Positions 28,608 to 36,634 of a stretch of 54,389 nt of DNA are shown here, piece after piece. Numbering within the stretch: position 1 is the stretch's first letter; the number at the start of each line of letters is the position of its first letter. Both the position numbers and the translations under genes were made by a program. Origin of the DNA: a virus. Taxonomy: Duplodnaviria > Caudoviricetes. Location: the IMG/VR virus record IMGVR_UViG_3300021478_000036, positions 1 to 54,389 of that record; one strand, written 5' to 3'. The notes beneath the pieces are model-generated. The model saw only the letters and a program-made list of their open reading frames with translations, was not told the DNA's origin and did no database searches.

Positions 28608-29102
28608 ATGTTTATACTTGTGCTCGGCAATCCAGTAGATGGGTTTAAATATGAGGGATTGTTTACTAATACAATATCGGCAACAGAATATGGAGAGCTT
28701 TCATATCCTGATACAGAATGGTGGATTGCACCAATACATATAATACCATTGATTGCGAAAGAAAACAATAAGTATAATAACCATATAGCTAAAATAGCTG
28801 ATGTACTTAATGAACTATTGGTAGCTATAAACACTAATGATATAAAAGCGGCACGAACCTACTCAGTTGGGCTTGCTGCTAATGCAACTGATTTGTATAA
28901 CGAATTATGCGAAGGTGACAGTATACCTAAAGGTTATAATGGTCATTCTGGTGCCGGTGAAGATGCGCCATTACCACCAATAAATGCTATATGTAGTTGT
29001 GGTCATTTATGGAGTGAACATACACAAAATGTTCATAGAACATGGGTTTGCTCCAAATGCAATTGTCGTAATATGAACGTGCCTTCGGAAATTCCGAACT
29101 AG
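28608..29102 (+). CDS. Hypothetical protein with C-terminal Cys/His metal-binding motif
   Basis: N-terminal GNPVDGFKYEGLF; C-terminal CSCGHLWSEH...CSKCNC. Confidence 0.6.
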   Translation: MFILVLGNPVDGFKYEGLFTNTISATEYGELSYPDTEWWIAPIHIIPLIAKENNKYNNHIAKIADVLNELLVAINTNDIKAARTYSVGLAANATDLYNELCEGDSIPKGYNGHSGAGEDAPLPPINAICSCGHLWSEHTQNVHRTWVCSKCNCRNMNVPSEIPN

Positions 29103-29129
29103 GCCGCGAACGATTTCTGAAAAAACCGC

Positions 29130-29158
29130 TTGACAAACCAAAAATAAGTCACTATGAT
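29130..29158 (+). promoter_or_regulatory. Sigma70 promoter with -10 box inside a palindrome variant
   Basis: TTGACA, 17 nt, TATGAT; TCACTA-TGA-TAGTGA at 29149..29163. Confidence 0.8.
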
Positions 29159-29217
29159 AGTGAGGTCGGCTAGCAAAAGCTAGCAATAGAATGGATAAAC
29201 AGAAAGCGAGTAAATAG

Positions 29218-30447
29218 ATGGCAAAGTTTGGTCCCCCGAAAGCTAAAGGTCTCTTCAATCCTGCCGCTCCCCCCAAGCGTGTCTTAACGGCACAAGAGGC
29301 AGAGAACGTTCTTACTACTCCTGCACCAGAGCCGGAGGTTGAAGAGGACACGGATGTCACTACAGATAGTGAGGATACCGATCAGGATATTGCTGACGAG
29401 GTATTCGGCTCTGAGGATGGTGAGGATGAGGAGGGTGAACCGTCTGAGGATGACGTAGAGGAAATTGCTGATAAGCCCACTAAACCAGCAGTTACTGCCA
29501 AGACTGGCAAGAAGCAGGGCAGTAATCTCTCTCCCGAACAGCAGAAGTATTTCGACGAGATCGGCAAGTTGGGTATTGACCAAGGGAAGGGTGTCAGTTC
29601 CTTAATTTTCCTTGCTGAGAAGATGGTGTCTATTGGCGCCAGTGGCACCTTTGAGAGTTCGCAGATTAAGGATTTGTATTTGCACTTCCGTAAGAACTCT
29701 AATAGTGCAGCCGGTAAGAATGCCGAGGTTGGCGACCAAGACCACACTGTGGTTTCCAACACTTCTAAGCTTCGATCCTTCTATAAGGTTGGTGAGAAGC
29801 ACGGCACTCCAGGTTGGTCCAAGATGTTGAAGGTCGCTAGAGACATTCACGTCAATATCTTGCGCTCCAAGGACGATAGGAAGAACCTCCGTAGTAAGCA
29901 GTTGGTGCCGACTTACGAGGCTCTTGTCAAAGTTGCTTCTACGCAAATGAGGACAGAGAAGGATGCGAAGGGTGTTGCACATCCTGTGTATCCTAACCTG
30001 TTGGACGAGACACAAATTCGGGAGATCTTCATTGACCCGAATAAGAAGGAGGCTGAACCCACAGTTACCGATGTTATCAAGGCCGCGGCAAAGGCTATTG
30101 AGCGCGTCATTCGTGGTAAGGTCAATCCTGACAATAGTGAGCAGACCCGTGAGGCGTTTGAGTCGCCAAAGGATGGAGAGGATGACGAGAGTGTCGGTTA
30201 CGCTCTTGTATCTTCGTTGACTTGGATGCTTCAAGCTGGTGAGCGTTTCCAGACAGGGTTTATCGCTAACCGTGAGAAGGAGATTGCAGACGCTAAGGCT
30301 CTTGCCGAGGAGCGCCATAAGAAGCATGAAGAGCGTATGGCTAAGGAAGAGGCTGAACGCCAAGCTCGCAAGGCTAGGAAGGAAGCTGAAGCTAAGGCCA
30401 AAGCTGCTGAAGCTGCTATGGCTAAGGAAGCAGTTGCTGCTAAGTAA
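29218..30447 (+). CDS. Monocistronic 409-aa protein of unknown function (acidic N-region, Lys/Glu/Ala coiled-coil tail)
   Basis: Has its own promoter and strong terminator; AAG/GAG/GCT-rich codon use suggests high expression. Confidence 0.8.
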   Translation: MAKFGPPKAKGLFNPAAPPKRVLTAQEAENVLTTPAPEPEVEEDTDVTTDSEDTDQDIADEVFGSEDGEDEEGEPSEDDVEEIADKPTKPAVTAKTGKKQGSNLSPEQQKYFDEIGKLGIDQGKGVSSLIFLAEKMVSIGASGTFESSQIKDLYLHFRKNSNSAAGKNAEVGDQDHTVVSNTSKLRSFYKVGEKHGTPGWSKMLKVARDIHVNILRSKDDRKNLRSKQLVPTYEALVKVASTQMRTEKDAKGVAHPVYPNLLDETQIREIFIDPNKKEAEPTVTDVIKAAAKAIERVIRGKVNPDNSEQTREAFESPKDGEDDESVGYALVSSLTWMLQAGERFQTGFIANREKEIADAKALAEERHKKHEERMAKEEAERQARKARKEAEAKAKAAEAAMAKEAVAAK

Positions 30448-30467
30448 TAACTATACATAGTGACTTC

Positions 30468-30494
30468 GGGGAGCCTTCGGGCTCCCTTTTTTTT
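30468..30494 (+). terminator. Rho-independent terminator
   Basis: gggagcc-ttcg-ggctccc followed by 8 T. Confidence 0.92.
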
Positions 30495-30531
30495 GTCTGA
30501 AAAATAAATTTGGTTTGTTCAAATAATCCTA

Positions 30532-30560
30532 TTGACAAGCCAAGTACATTGTAGTATACT
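30532..30560 (+). promoter_or_regulatory. Sigma70 promoter
   Basis: AATCCTA-TTGACA, 17 nt, TATACT. Confidence 0.8.
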
Positions 30561-30575
30561 TAAGTACAATGGAGG

Positions 30576-30809
30576 GTGACGATGGCACGTAAACTAATAC
30601 GAGATACAGAAGGCAAGCGAACTCTAATGCGCGAGAACGCATTGAAGCGTGGAGTTTGTATGTGGTGTAAACGATCTGGAATTGAGAACCAGCTATATAA
30701 ATACTGGTGGGAGAAAGATATAGGGGGCGATGACCGAGCAGATAGACACGCATTGCCGTTTTGCAGTGTTGATTGCTATAGAGCTTATGAGACTGAGGGA
30801 GTTATATAA
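30576..30809 (+). CDS. Small Zn-binding protein
   Basis: CMWC...FCSVDCY; GGAGG RBS. Confidence 0.65.
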   Translation: MTMARKLIRDTEGKRTLMRENALKRGVCMWCKRSGIENQLYKYWWEKDIGGDDRADRHALPFCSVDCYRAYETEGVI

Positions 30810-31028
30810 ATGACAACTATAACTGTATCTCCTGTGCCGCTTTCACGTTATCATCAACGTATCATTGCTTTAGCAATACATAAAGCTAAACCTAAAACAA
30901 CAAGTGATAGAGATCGTATGGATGATTATAGAAATATGTATACAAAAATAGGTGAGGCTATACGCGATCAAGGTGGTACGTTTGATATGGACACATGGAT
31001 GGATCTCTGTCATTATGGGCCAAAGTGA
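30810..31028 (+). CDS. Hypothetical protein
   Basis: 72 aa, abutting the upstream stop. Confidence 0.6.
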   Translation: MTTITVSPVPLSRYHQRIIALAIHKAKPKTTSDRDRMDDYRNMYTKIGEAIRDQGGTFDMDTWMDLCHYGPK

Positions 31029-31057
31029 AATATTTTTTGGTTGGTCTGAAAATCCTA

Positions 31058-31086
31058 TTGACACAGCAGAACAAATCTGCTACACT
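31058..31086 (+). promoter_or_regulatory. Sigma70 promoter (extended -10)
   Basis: AATCCTA-TTGACA, 17 nt, TACACT preceded by TG-n. Confidence 0.75.
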
Positions 31087-31137
31087 TCCAAACAGATCGG
31101 CGGAGGTTCGCCGGTCACTAACGATAGTGAGGTCGAG

Positions 31138-31476
31138 ATGAACGAGGCGAGGCGCAAAACCCTAACCGGCACAGCAAATGATCTTGCTGCATTGGTTAAG
31201 GAAATTGGTGCGAGTGGTCTTAATGATTGGGAGGATAAGCTTCAAGCTATTAAGGACGAGATTGAACAAATTAAGGACGATGAGGACGAGGCGCTCGAGA
31301 ATATGGCTGAGAACCTCAAGAGTGGTGAAAAGGCTTCACGTATGTCAGAGGTCATTAACGAGCTTGATGAAGCAATGGGTTCCATTGACGAGATATTGGA
31401 AAGCATTGTTGGTGCTAAGGAATGGGTTACTGGTCTGGATGATATTATTGCTAAGGTAGAAGCAGCAAAAGAGTAA
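31138..31476 (+). CDS. Acidic coiled-coil phage protein
   Basis: Start moved to MNEARRK (GAGG RBS formed by the palindrome end); D/E-rich heptads. Confidence 0.7.
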   Translation: MNEARRKTLTGTANDLAALVKEIGASGLNDWEDKLQAIKDEIEQIKDDEDEALENMAENLKSGEKASRMSEVINELDEAMGSIDEILESIVGAKEWVTGLDDIIAKVEAAKE

Positions 31477-31617
31477 CATGAATTGCGCGATCCTACACAG
31501 AGCTAGGATGAAAACCGCTAGCACGGCACAATTCTCTGAGGGACAACTCTGCTAGGAGCCCTTGGGCGCGCATTGAATGTTATTTTATACATACACAACA
31601 CAACGGAGCTACACGGT

Positions 31618-32739
31618 ATGAAACTCTCAGTTTTCTCTCAGTATATGCCAGCCCTTTATAAGACTAGCGTTCGCAGGCACGGGCTTGCTATTAATCTTAA
31701 AGGTCGTCCCGGTCATGGTAAGACTTTTACGCTTGAACAGTTCCCTTCAATTATGTTTGAACTGTTCCCTGACTTACGTTATGGTTGTCGAATTATTGAG
31801 GGCGCTAGCCTTACGCATAGTGGAGCGTTAGGCTATATGGTACTTGGGGAGAAAGACAAATATGGTCATAAGTCTGTCTTTAGCTCACCTTTCTGGATGT
31901 ATACTTTGGAGGGTAAACATCTCTCGGAATACGATGGTGGTATTCTCGTTATCGACGATTGGCATCTTATTGACCCGGACCTCAAAAAGATCATGTCACA
32001 GGGTGCCTACGAAGGTATATTTGCCAACCATATTCTTCCGCCCGGTTGGGTCATCTGGTTTTGCGGTAACAGACCACAAGATCGTTCTGGTGCAACTCGT
32101 GATTATGAGCACACAACTCTACGACAGTTAACGGTTGAGATTGACGATGACTTGGAAGGTTTGATTACATTTTTCGAGAACAACGATACTATGCCAGTTA
32201 CGCGAGAGTTTATCAAGAAATTCGCTAACGACCACATATATGTTCCAGCACCCAAGGAAATTGAACCGTATTGCTGCCCACGGACATTGTATCAATCCGA
32301 TATGTTATTGCAAGATTTGAAAGAAATGTTTGAGATGGACGATGTACCTGTTGATGCTAACGTGCTTGAACTGGTTAGCGGTTCAATTGGCAAGTCGGCA
32401 GCACATGACTATATCACATATATTGAGGAGGCTAACGCACTTCCGAAGCACGCTGAGATTATCAGTAATCCCACAACTGTTAGAATACCGCCAACTACCC
32501 GTCCTGACTTGTGGCGTCTACAAGCTTATAAGCTTGCAAGCGACGTGCAAGTGAAGGAAGCTGATCCGGCGTTGAAGTATATGGAGAGGTTCCCGAAGGA
32601 GTTCCAAACTATATTTGTTCGTGCCGCTTCAGCTAACAAGTCTCCTATCATCTTGCAGCCCAAGGTAAAGGAATGGATGAAAAAGAACATGCTACTAATG
32701 GCTGCCATCACTGGTATGGAAGAGACGGTGGAGGAATGA
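31618..32739 (+). CDS. MoxR-like AAA+ ATPase
   Basis: Walker A GRPGHGKT, Walker B LVIDD, GNRPQDRSG, CPRT; start MKLS after GGAGCTAC. Confidence 0.8.
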   Translation: MKLSVFSQYMPALYKTSVRRHGLAINLKGRPGHGKTFTLEQFPSIMFELFPDLRYGCRIIEGASLTHSGALGYMVLGEKDKYGHKSVFSSPFWMYTLEGKHLSEYDGGILVIDDWHLIDPDLKKIMSQGAYEGIFANHILPPGWVIWFCGNRPQDRSGATRDYEHTTLRQLTVEIDDDLEGLITFFENNDTMPVTREFIKKFANDHIYVPAPKEIEPYCCPRTLYQSDMLLQDLKEMFEMDDVPVDANVLELVSGSIGKSAAHDYITYIEEANALPKHAEIISNPTTVRIPPTTRPDLWRLQAYKLASDVQVKEADPALKYMERFPKEFQTIFVRAASANKSPIILQPKVKEWMKKNMLLMAAITGMEETVEE

Positions 32740-32954
32740 GCAAGCGACCAACTTACAATGAGCTTCTAGATGAAATTAACCATCTAGAAGAAACTTTAAA
32801 TGAAGCGTTACATTTTGTTAACGCATTCATTGAACCTGAGTGGAAAGAGTGGGTTGGTCGCAACATGCCAAACGCATTTGAAACTCATAAGAGGGGTATG
32901 ACTGCAATCGCTAGAGTTATAGATATGGATAAGTATAGGGAGGCTGCGGAATGA
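32736..32954 (+). CDS. Hypothetical protein
   Basis: GGAGG RBS, ATGA overlap, MSKRPTY start. Confidence 0.6.
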   Translation: MSKRPTYNELLDEINHLEETLNEALHFVNAFIEPEWKEWVGRNMPNAFETHKRGMTAIARVIDMDKYREAAE

Positions 32955-33085
32955 AAACTGTTATTGAAGTGCGAATAACATTTGAAGGCAAAACGCACAC
33001 AGAAATTTCTAAGCATATCGAGGCACTGTTAAAGTTACTCGATGCGCGTGCTGCTGCCTACAAACTAAAGCACATGGGTAACTAA
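32951..33085 (+). CDS. Hypothetical 44-aa protein
   Basis: Below the ORF-track cutoff; GGAGG RBS, ATGA overlap, MKTVIEVRITFEGK...; stop lies within a palindrome copy. Confidence 0.5.
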   Translation: MKTVIEVRITFEGKTHTEISKHIEALLKLLDARAAAYKLKHMGN

Positions 33086-33101
33086 CTATAGTGAGATTGA
33101 G

Positions 33102-33233
33102 ATGGGCAAGGGTCGTAAGATACTCAGTATGAAAGCCGGTCCAAAGCTTACCAAGCTACTTAATCCATCAGTCAAACGACCAATTGTTGTTTGGCATAAA
33201 GTTGGCAAACACTCGAAACAGAAACAAAAGTAG
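33102..33233 (+). CDS. Hypothetical 43-aa basic peptide
   Basis: MGKGRKILSMKAGPKL...KQKQK fills the gap between genes. Confidence 0.4.
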   Translation: MGKGRKILSMKAGPKLTKLLNPSVKRPIVVWHKVGKHSKQKQK

Positions 33234-33242
33234 GAGCTACAG

Positions 33243-33449
33243 ATGCATACCGAATACACTCTGAAGTTTGAGTTTCATACTCCAAACAAAGATGCAATGG
33301 TGACATTCATCCGTGCTTGCCGTCTAGCGGCACAAGAGCTATCCATGCAAGGTGCGATCCTGAGTGGAGATACACCGATCATTAGTTTCACTGTTGAAAA
33401 CAATGAGATCGGCACCAAGAAGCTTAAGATATTCAATGGGGGTGAGTAA
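33243..33449 (+). CDS. Hypothetical protein
   Basis: GGAGCTAC RBS; TAATG overlap with the next gene. Confidence 0.65.
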   Translation: MHTEYTLKFEFHTPNKDAMVTFIRACRLAAQELSMQGAILSGDTPIISFTVENNEIGTKKLKIFNGGE

Positions 33450-34816
33450 TGGAAACGTTTGCATCCCCATTAGTTGGTGAAGCCAACAAGTGGAAGCAGT
33501 TAGAACTGTCTCCACGTCATGCTAAGAGTTGGGAGGATTGTAAGACTGCGATACTGTATTCTTATGGAGCATTCGGAGGAATACTCTATAAGATGATGCA
33601 AACGGACAATGGTGAAAAGGCTTGGTTTACGGATCAAATCCCTATTGCCGCTACAGATGATAAGGTACTATACCTTAATCCTTATAGGTTCTTCATCCAC
33701 ACTCTTAAGCAACAGGTGTTCATCAGTTGTCATGAGATAATGCACGCGATACTGAACCATTGCGGTATCTTCCATAAGTACCGTAAGAAGGGTAAAGTTA
33801 CATATCCCGATGGCATGACACTTCCTTATGTTGAGGAAGTAATGCAATGTGCTGGCGACTGTGTTGTTAACGCTATTCTCGTTTATTGCCGTGTTGGTGA
33901 GATGCCCAAGGGCTGTTACTACAAGCCGCACATTGTGCCGCATACAATGGAGTTGCTTGAGGCTTATAGAGTTATATATAAGCACACTCAAGGTGGTAAG
34001 ACATTACCGCCTCAACCAGCACCGGGACAAGGTAGTGGTGATGATGGTGATAGTGATGACCTCACTAACAATAGTGATGATGACGAACAACGTCCATTCG
34101 ATCAACATCTTCCACCCGGTAAAGGTAGAGGTAAGACACCCAACGAGGCTATCGACGAACGTAGTAAAGTAGAGTGGGAAGCTGCTGTTACTGCCGCTAA
34201 ACATACCATGAAAGCAATGGGTGTTGGGTCGTCAGGGATTGATCGTATATTCGGCAAGGTCACTCAGCCGGAATATGATTGGGTGAGTGTACTGCGCCAT
34301 ATCTTCAATAAGACTGTAGGAACAGGTAGACAAACTTGGGAGCATCTTGATCCTGAGTTTGTCATTCGGGGTATTGGCGCACCCGGTAGAATAAACTATG
34401 GTGCTGGTTTTGTTATTGTTGCCGATGATAGTTCTGGCAGCATTGACGATGCTATGCTCAGTACATTCATGGGTCATACTGGCGTCATCATTGACGATGT
34501 TAGACCGAAGGAACTACTAATCTGTCAATGTGATGACATGATACATGAATGGCGATATGTGCAAGGTGGTTCAGAACTACCGAAAAAGGTTCTAGGTGGA
34601 GGCGGCACAAGCTTTATACCAGTATTCGACCGTATCGAGAAGGAACAGCTAAAACCTGATGTAGTTGTGTACTTCACGGATATGTATGGGTCATTTCCTA
34701 GTAAACCTCCGTCATATCCAGTGATTTGGGCTAGTATCACACCAAACATTACCGCACCATTCGGTGAGGTTATCTATATACCGTTACAGAAACAACGGAG
34801 AAGTTTCAACTATTAA
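33449..34816 (+). CDS. DUF2201-type metallopeptidase plus VWA-like domain protein
   Basis: HEIMH zincin motif after IAATD; MIDAS DSSGS, GGGGTSF and VYFTD motifs; established partner of a MoxR-like AAA ATPase. Confidence 0.85.
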   Translation: METFASPLVGEANKWKQLELSPRHAKSWEDCKTAILYSYGAFGGILYKMMQTDNGEKAWFTDQIPIAATDDKVLYLNPYRFFIHTLKQQVFISCHEIMHAILNHCGIFHKYRKKGKVTYPDGMTLPYVEEVMQCAGDCVVNAILVYCRVGEMPKGCYYKPHIVPHTMELLEAYRVIYKHTQGGKTLPPQPAPGQGSGDDGDSDDLTNNSDDDEQRPFDQHLPPGKGRGKTPNEAIDERSKVEWEAAVTAAKHTMKAMGVGSSGIDRIFGKVTQPEYDWVSVLRHIFNKTVGTGRQTWEHLDPEFVIRGIGAPGRINYGAGFVIVADDSSGSIDDAMLSTFMGHTGVIIDDVRPKELLICQCDDMIHEWRYVQGGSELPKKVLGGGGTSFIPVFDRIEKEQLKPDVVVYFTDMYGSFPSKPPSYPVIWASITPNITAPFGEVIYIPLQKQRRSFNY

Positions 34817-34921
34817 AGCTCCTACCGAGTAGCTCCGGTAGTAGACTGCGGCGGTTGGAGGCGTCCGGCAAATCTATGTATCTAAGGGTACAAAGTGAAA
34901 GAAAGGCAGGGTTCGGATAAA

Positions 34922-35887
34922 ATGTCTGTTTTAAATCCTGCAAACGCCTCCGCTTTTATTCAGACGGTGAATGAGTTCGCTGAGATAACTAAAGAAGCTT
35001 GGGACCAAGTAAACTTAGCCTCTAACAGAACAAGAGCTATGACCGTGAGCAATGCTGTACTGCACTCTAGACTAAAAGATGCGCTAGCTGATAAACTACA
35101 ATCTATCAGAACAAACATGACTTCGCGTTTCATTGTTATGCTACCGTATGACGAAATTCAGAGCATGTTAATGTCACCAGTTACACTTGCTACGATGCAA
35201 ACTGCTGGCAAGCTCATGGTAGAACAATATACGAATTATAGCTATAAGTTAGGAGAACAGGTTACAATTAGGCTTTCGTGCCGTGGTGGCAAGGAGATGC
35301 CAACCATTTTGTTTCCTAATGAAGAACTCACTAACTTTAGTGAGGATTTCCTCGATCTTATACGTCCGTTGTACCTTATTACTAAGTCATGGATGGATGT
35401 TACACTCGCGTTTGAAGCAGTATGCAAACTTGTGCAAGATACGCGCGAGCTTAATTTCTATGTGCCGTGGCTTAGGTTTCTTATTCCTGACAACGATCTA
35501 ACTAATAAATTCAATGCAGCATTCCGCGTTTCACAATGGCTTGATCTTGAAAGAGAAAGACATGCAACTATTGAATTGATAACTCGTCAAGTTAAATACA
35601 TCCTAAATAACGAATATACACCAAAACGTACTTGGATGCCAAGCGAACTTGTGCATATGGTACGGCAAGGAGAAGAATTAATCACTCAATACAATATAAT
35701 GAAACATGTTTCAGTACCTAATACTCATCTTGCGGAGGGCATGGTAGCTGTAGAAGTGATCATAACTGTTAAAGACCATCCAACAATCAAATGGAGTACA
35801 CAAGCGAGTACTTATAAAACAATGAAGGAAGTAGAACGCCTAAGAGCGTTAGATGAAAAGAGGAAGAGGAGTGCTGACGAATGGTAG
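34922..35887 (+). CDS. Hypothetical protein
   Basis: Long ORF of about 320 aa; start 34895 or 34922. Confidence 0.7.
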   Translation: MSVLNPANASAFIQTVNEFAEITKEAWDQVNLASNRTRAMTVSNAVLHSRLKDALADKLQSIRTNMTSRFIVMLPYDEIQSMLMSPVTLATMQTAGKLMVEQYTNYSYKLGEQVTIRLSCRGGKEMPTILFPNEELTNFSEDFLDLIRPLYLITKSWMDVTLAFEAVCKLVQDTRELNFYVPWLRFLIPDNDLTNKFNAAFRVSQWLDLERERHATIELITRQVKYILNNEYTPKRTWMPSELVHMVRQGEELITQYNIMKHVSVPNTHLAEGMVAVEVIITVKDHPTIKWSTQASTYKTMKEVERLRALDEKRKRSADEW

Positions 35888-36201
35888 GGTATATCTATAA
35901 GAGCTACAGTTTTGTTGATAAAGACCCCATGATTGATTATATCCGTACAATCATTCATGAGAGTGGGGAAACGCTCACTAAAATTAGTGAGAATAGTGGT
36001 GTTGGTACTCATACTATTAGCAAGTGGTTGTATGGTGAAACAAAGCAACCGAAAGCAGCATCTATCAATGCAGTGTTAAGGGCACTTGGCTACAAGCTAG
36101 AGGTTGTTACCTTCAGCTATAGGACAGAAATTAAGCCAACTTTCCTTAAGGAAGCTAAAGTGTATCACATTCCAGCAAAAGTGGGAGCTAAACATGGTTA
36201 A
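35881..36201 (+). CDS. XRE/Cro-family helix-turn-helix protein
   Basis: TLTKISENSGVGTHTISKWLYGETKQPKAASINAVLRALG. Confidence 0.85.
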   Translation: MVGYIYKSYSFVDKDPMIDYIRTIIHESGETLTKISENSGVGTHTISKWLYGETKQPKAASINAVLRALGYKLEVVTFSYRTEIKPTFLKEAKVYHIPAKVGAKHG

Positions 36202-36634
36202 GTTCAAGATTGGGTTTACTATAACACCAGAGGTTCTATTTGGTATCATCGGTAAGGTGCTACCATTAGAGGACTTACATATTGAACAACTTGTTGAAGC
36301 GCCTATGCCTGATCCTGCAATAAGGTTCGATAGGCGATTTGATCTGCCAAGCCCTAAACCGAAAAAGAAACAAAGGAGATATACCAGAAAAAACCCATCC
36401 ATCCCAATGGATTTAAGTAAAGGCATTAATGATGTTATTATGACGGCACTCAAACTAAGACCGCATAGGGCTGTTGAGCTTAGACCATTACTTAAGGAAC
36501 GCGGGTATTCGCGTAACTCAGCAGGTTCGCGGTTACAGAACCTAGAGAAACACGGTATTATAGAGTCAATGCAGAATGGGTATTGGCGGCTATCGGTTGA
36601 TGAACTCAAGAAACATTTGAAGGAAAGTGCATGA
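36194..36634 (+). CDS. Putative winged-helix DNA-binding protein
   Basis: C-terminal RAVELRPLLKERGYSRNSAGSRLQNLEKHGIIE...GYW; start MVKFK after GGAGCTA. Confidence 0.6.
   Translation: MVKFKIGFTITPEVLFGIIGKVLPLEDLHIEQLVEAPMPDPAIRFDRRFDLPSPKPKKKQRRYTRKNPSIPMDLSKGINDVIMTALKLRPHRAVELRPLLKERGYSRNSAGSRLQNLEKHGIIESMQNGYWRLSVDELKKHLKESA

Noticed and set aside
29602-30363. 253-aa minus-strand ORF
   Set aside because: Antisense shadow of the codon-biased gene 29218..30447.
31483-31572. Hammerhead ribozyme or known riboswitch
   Set aside because: The CUGANGA...GAAA core is not present in the right order, and no riboswitch consensus was recognised.
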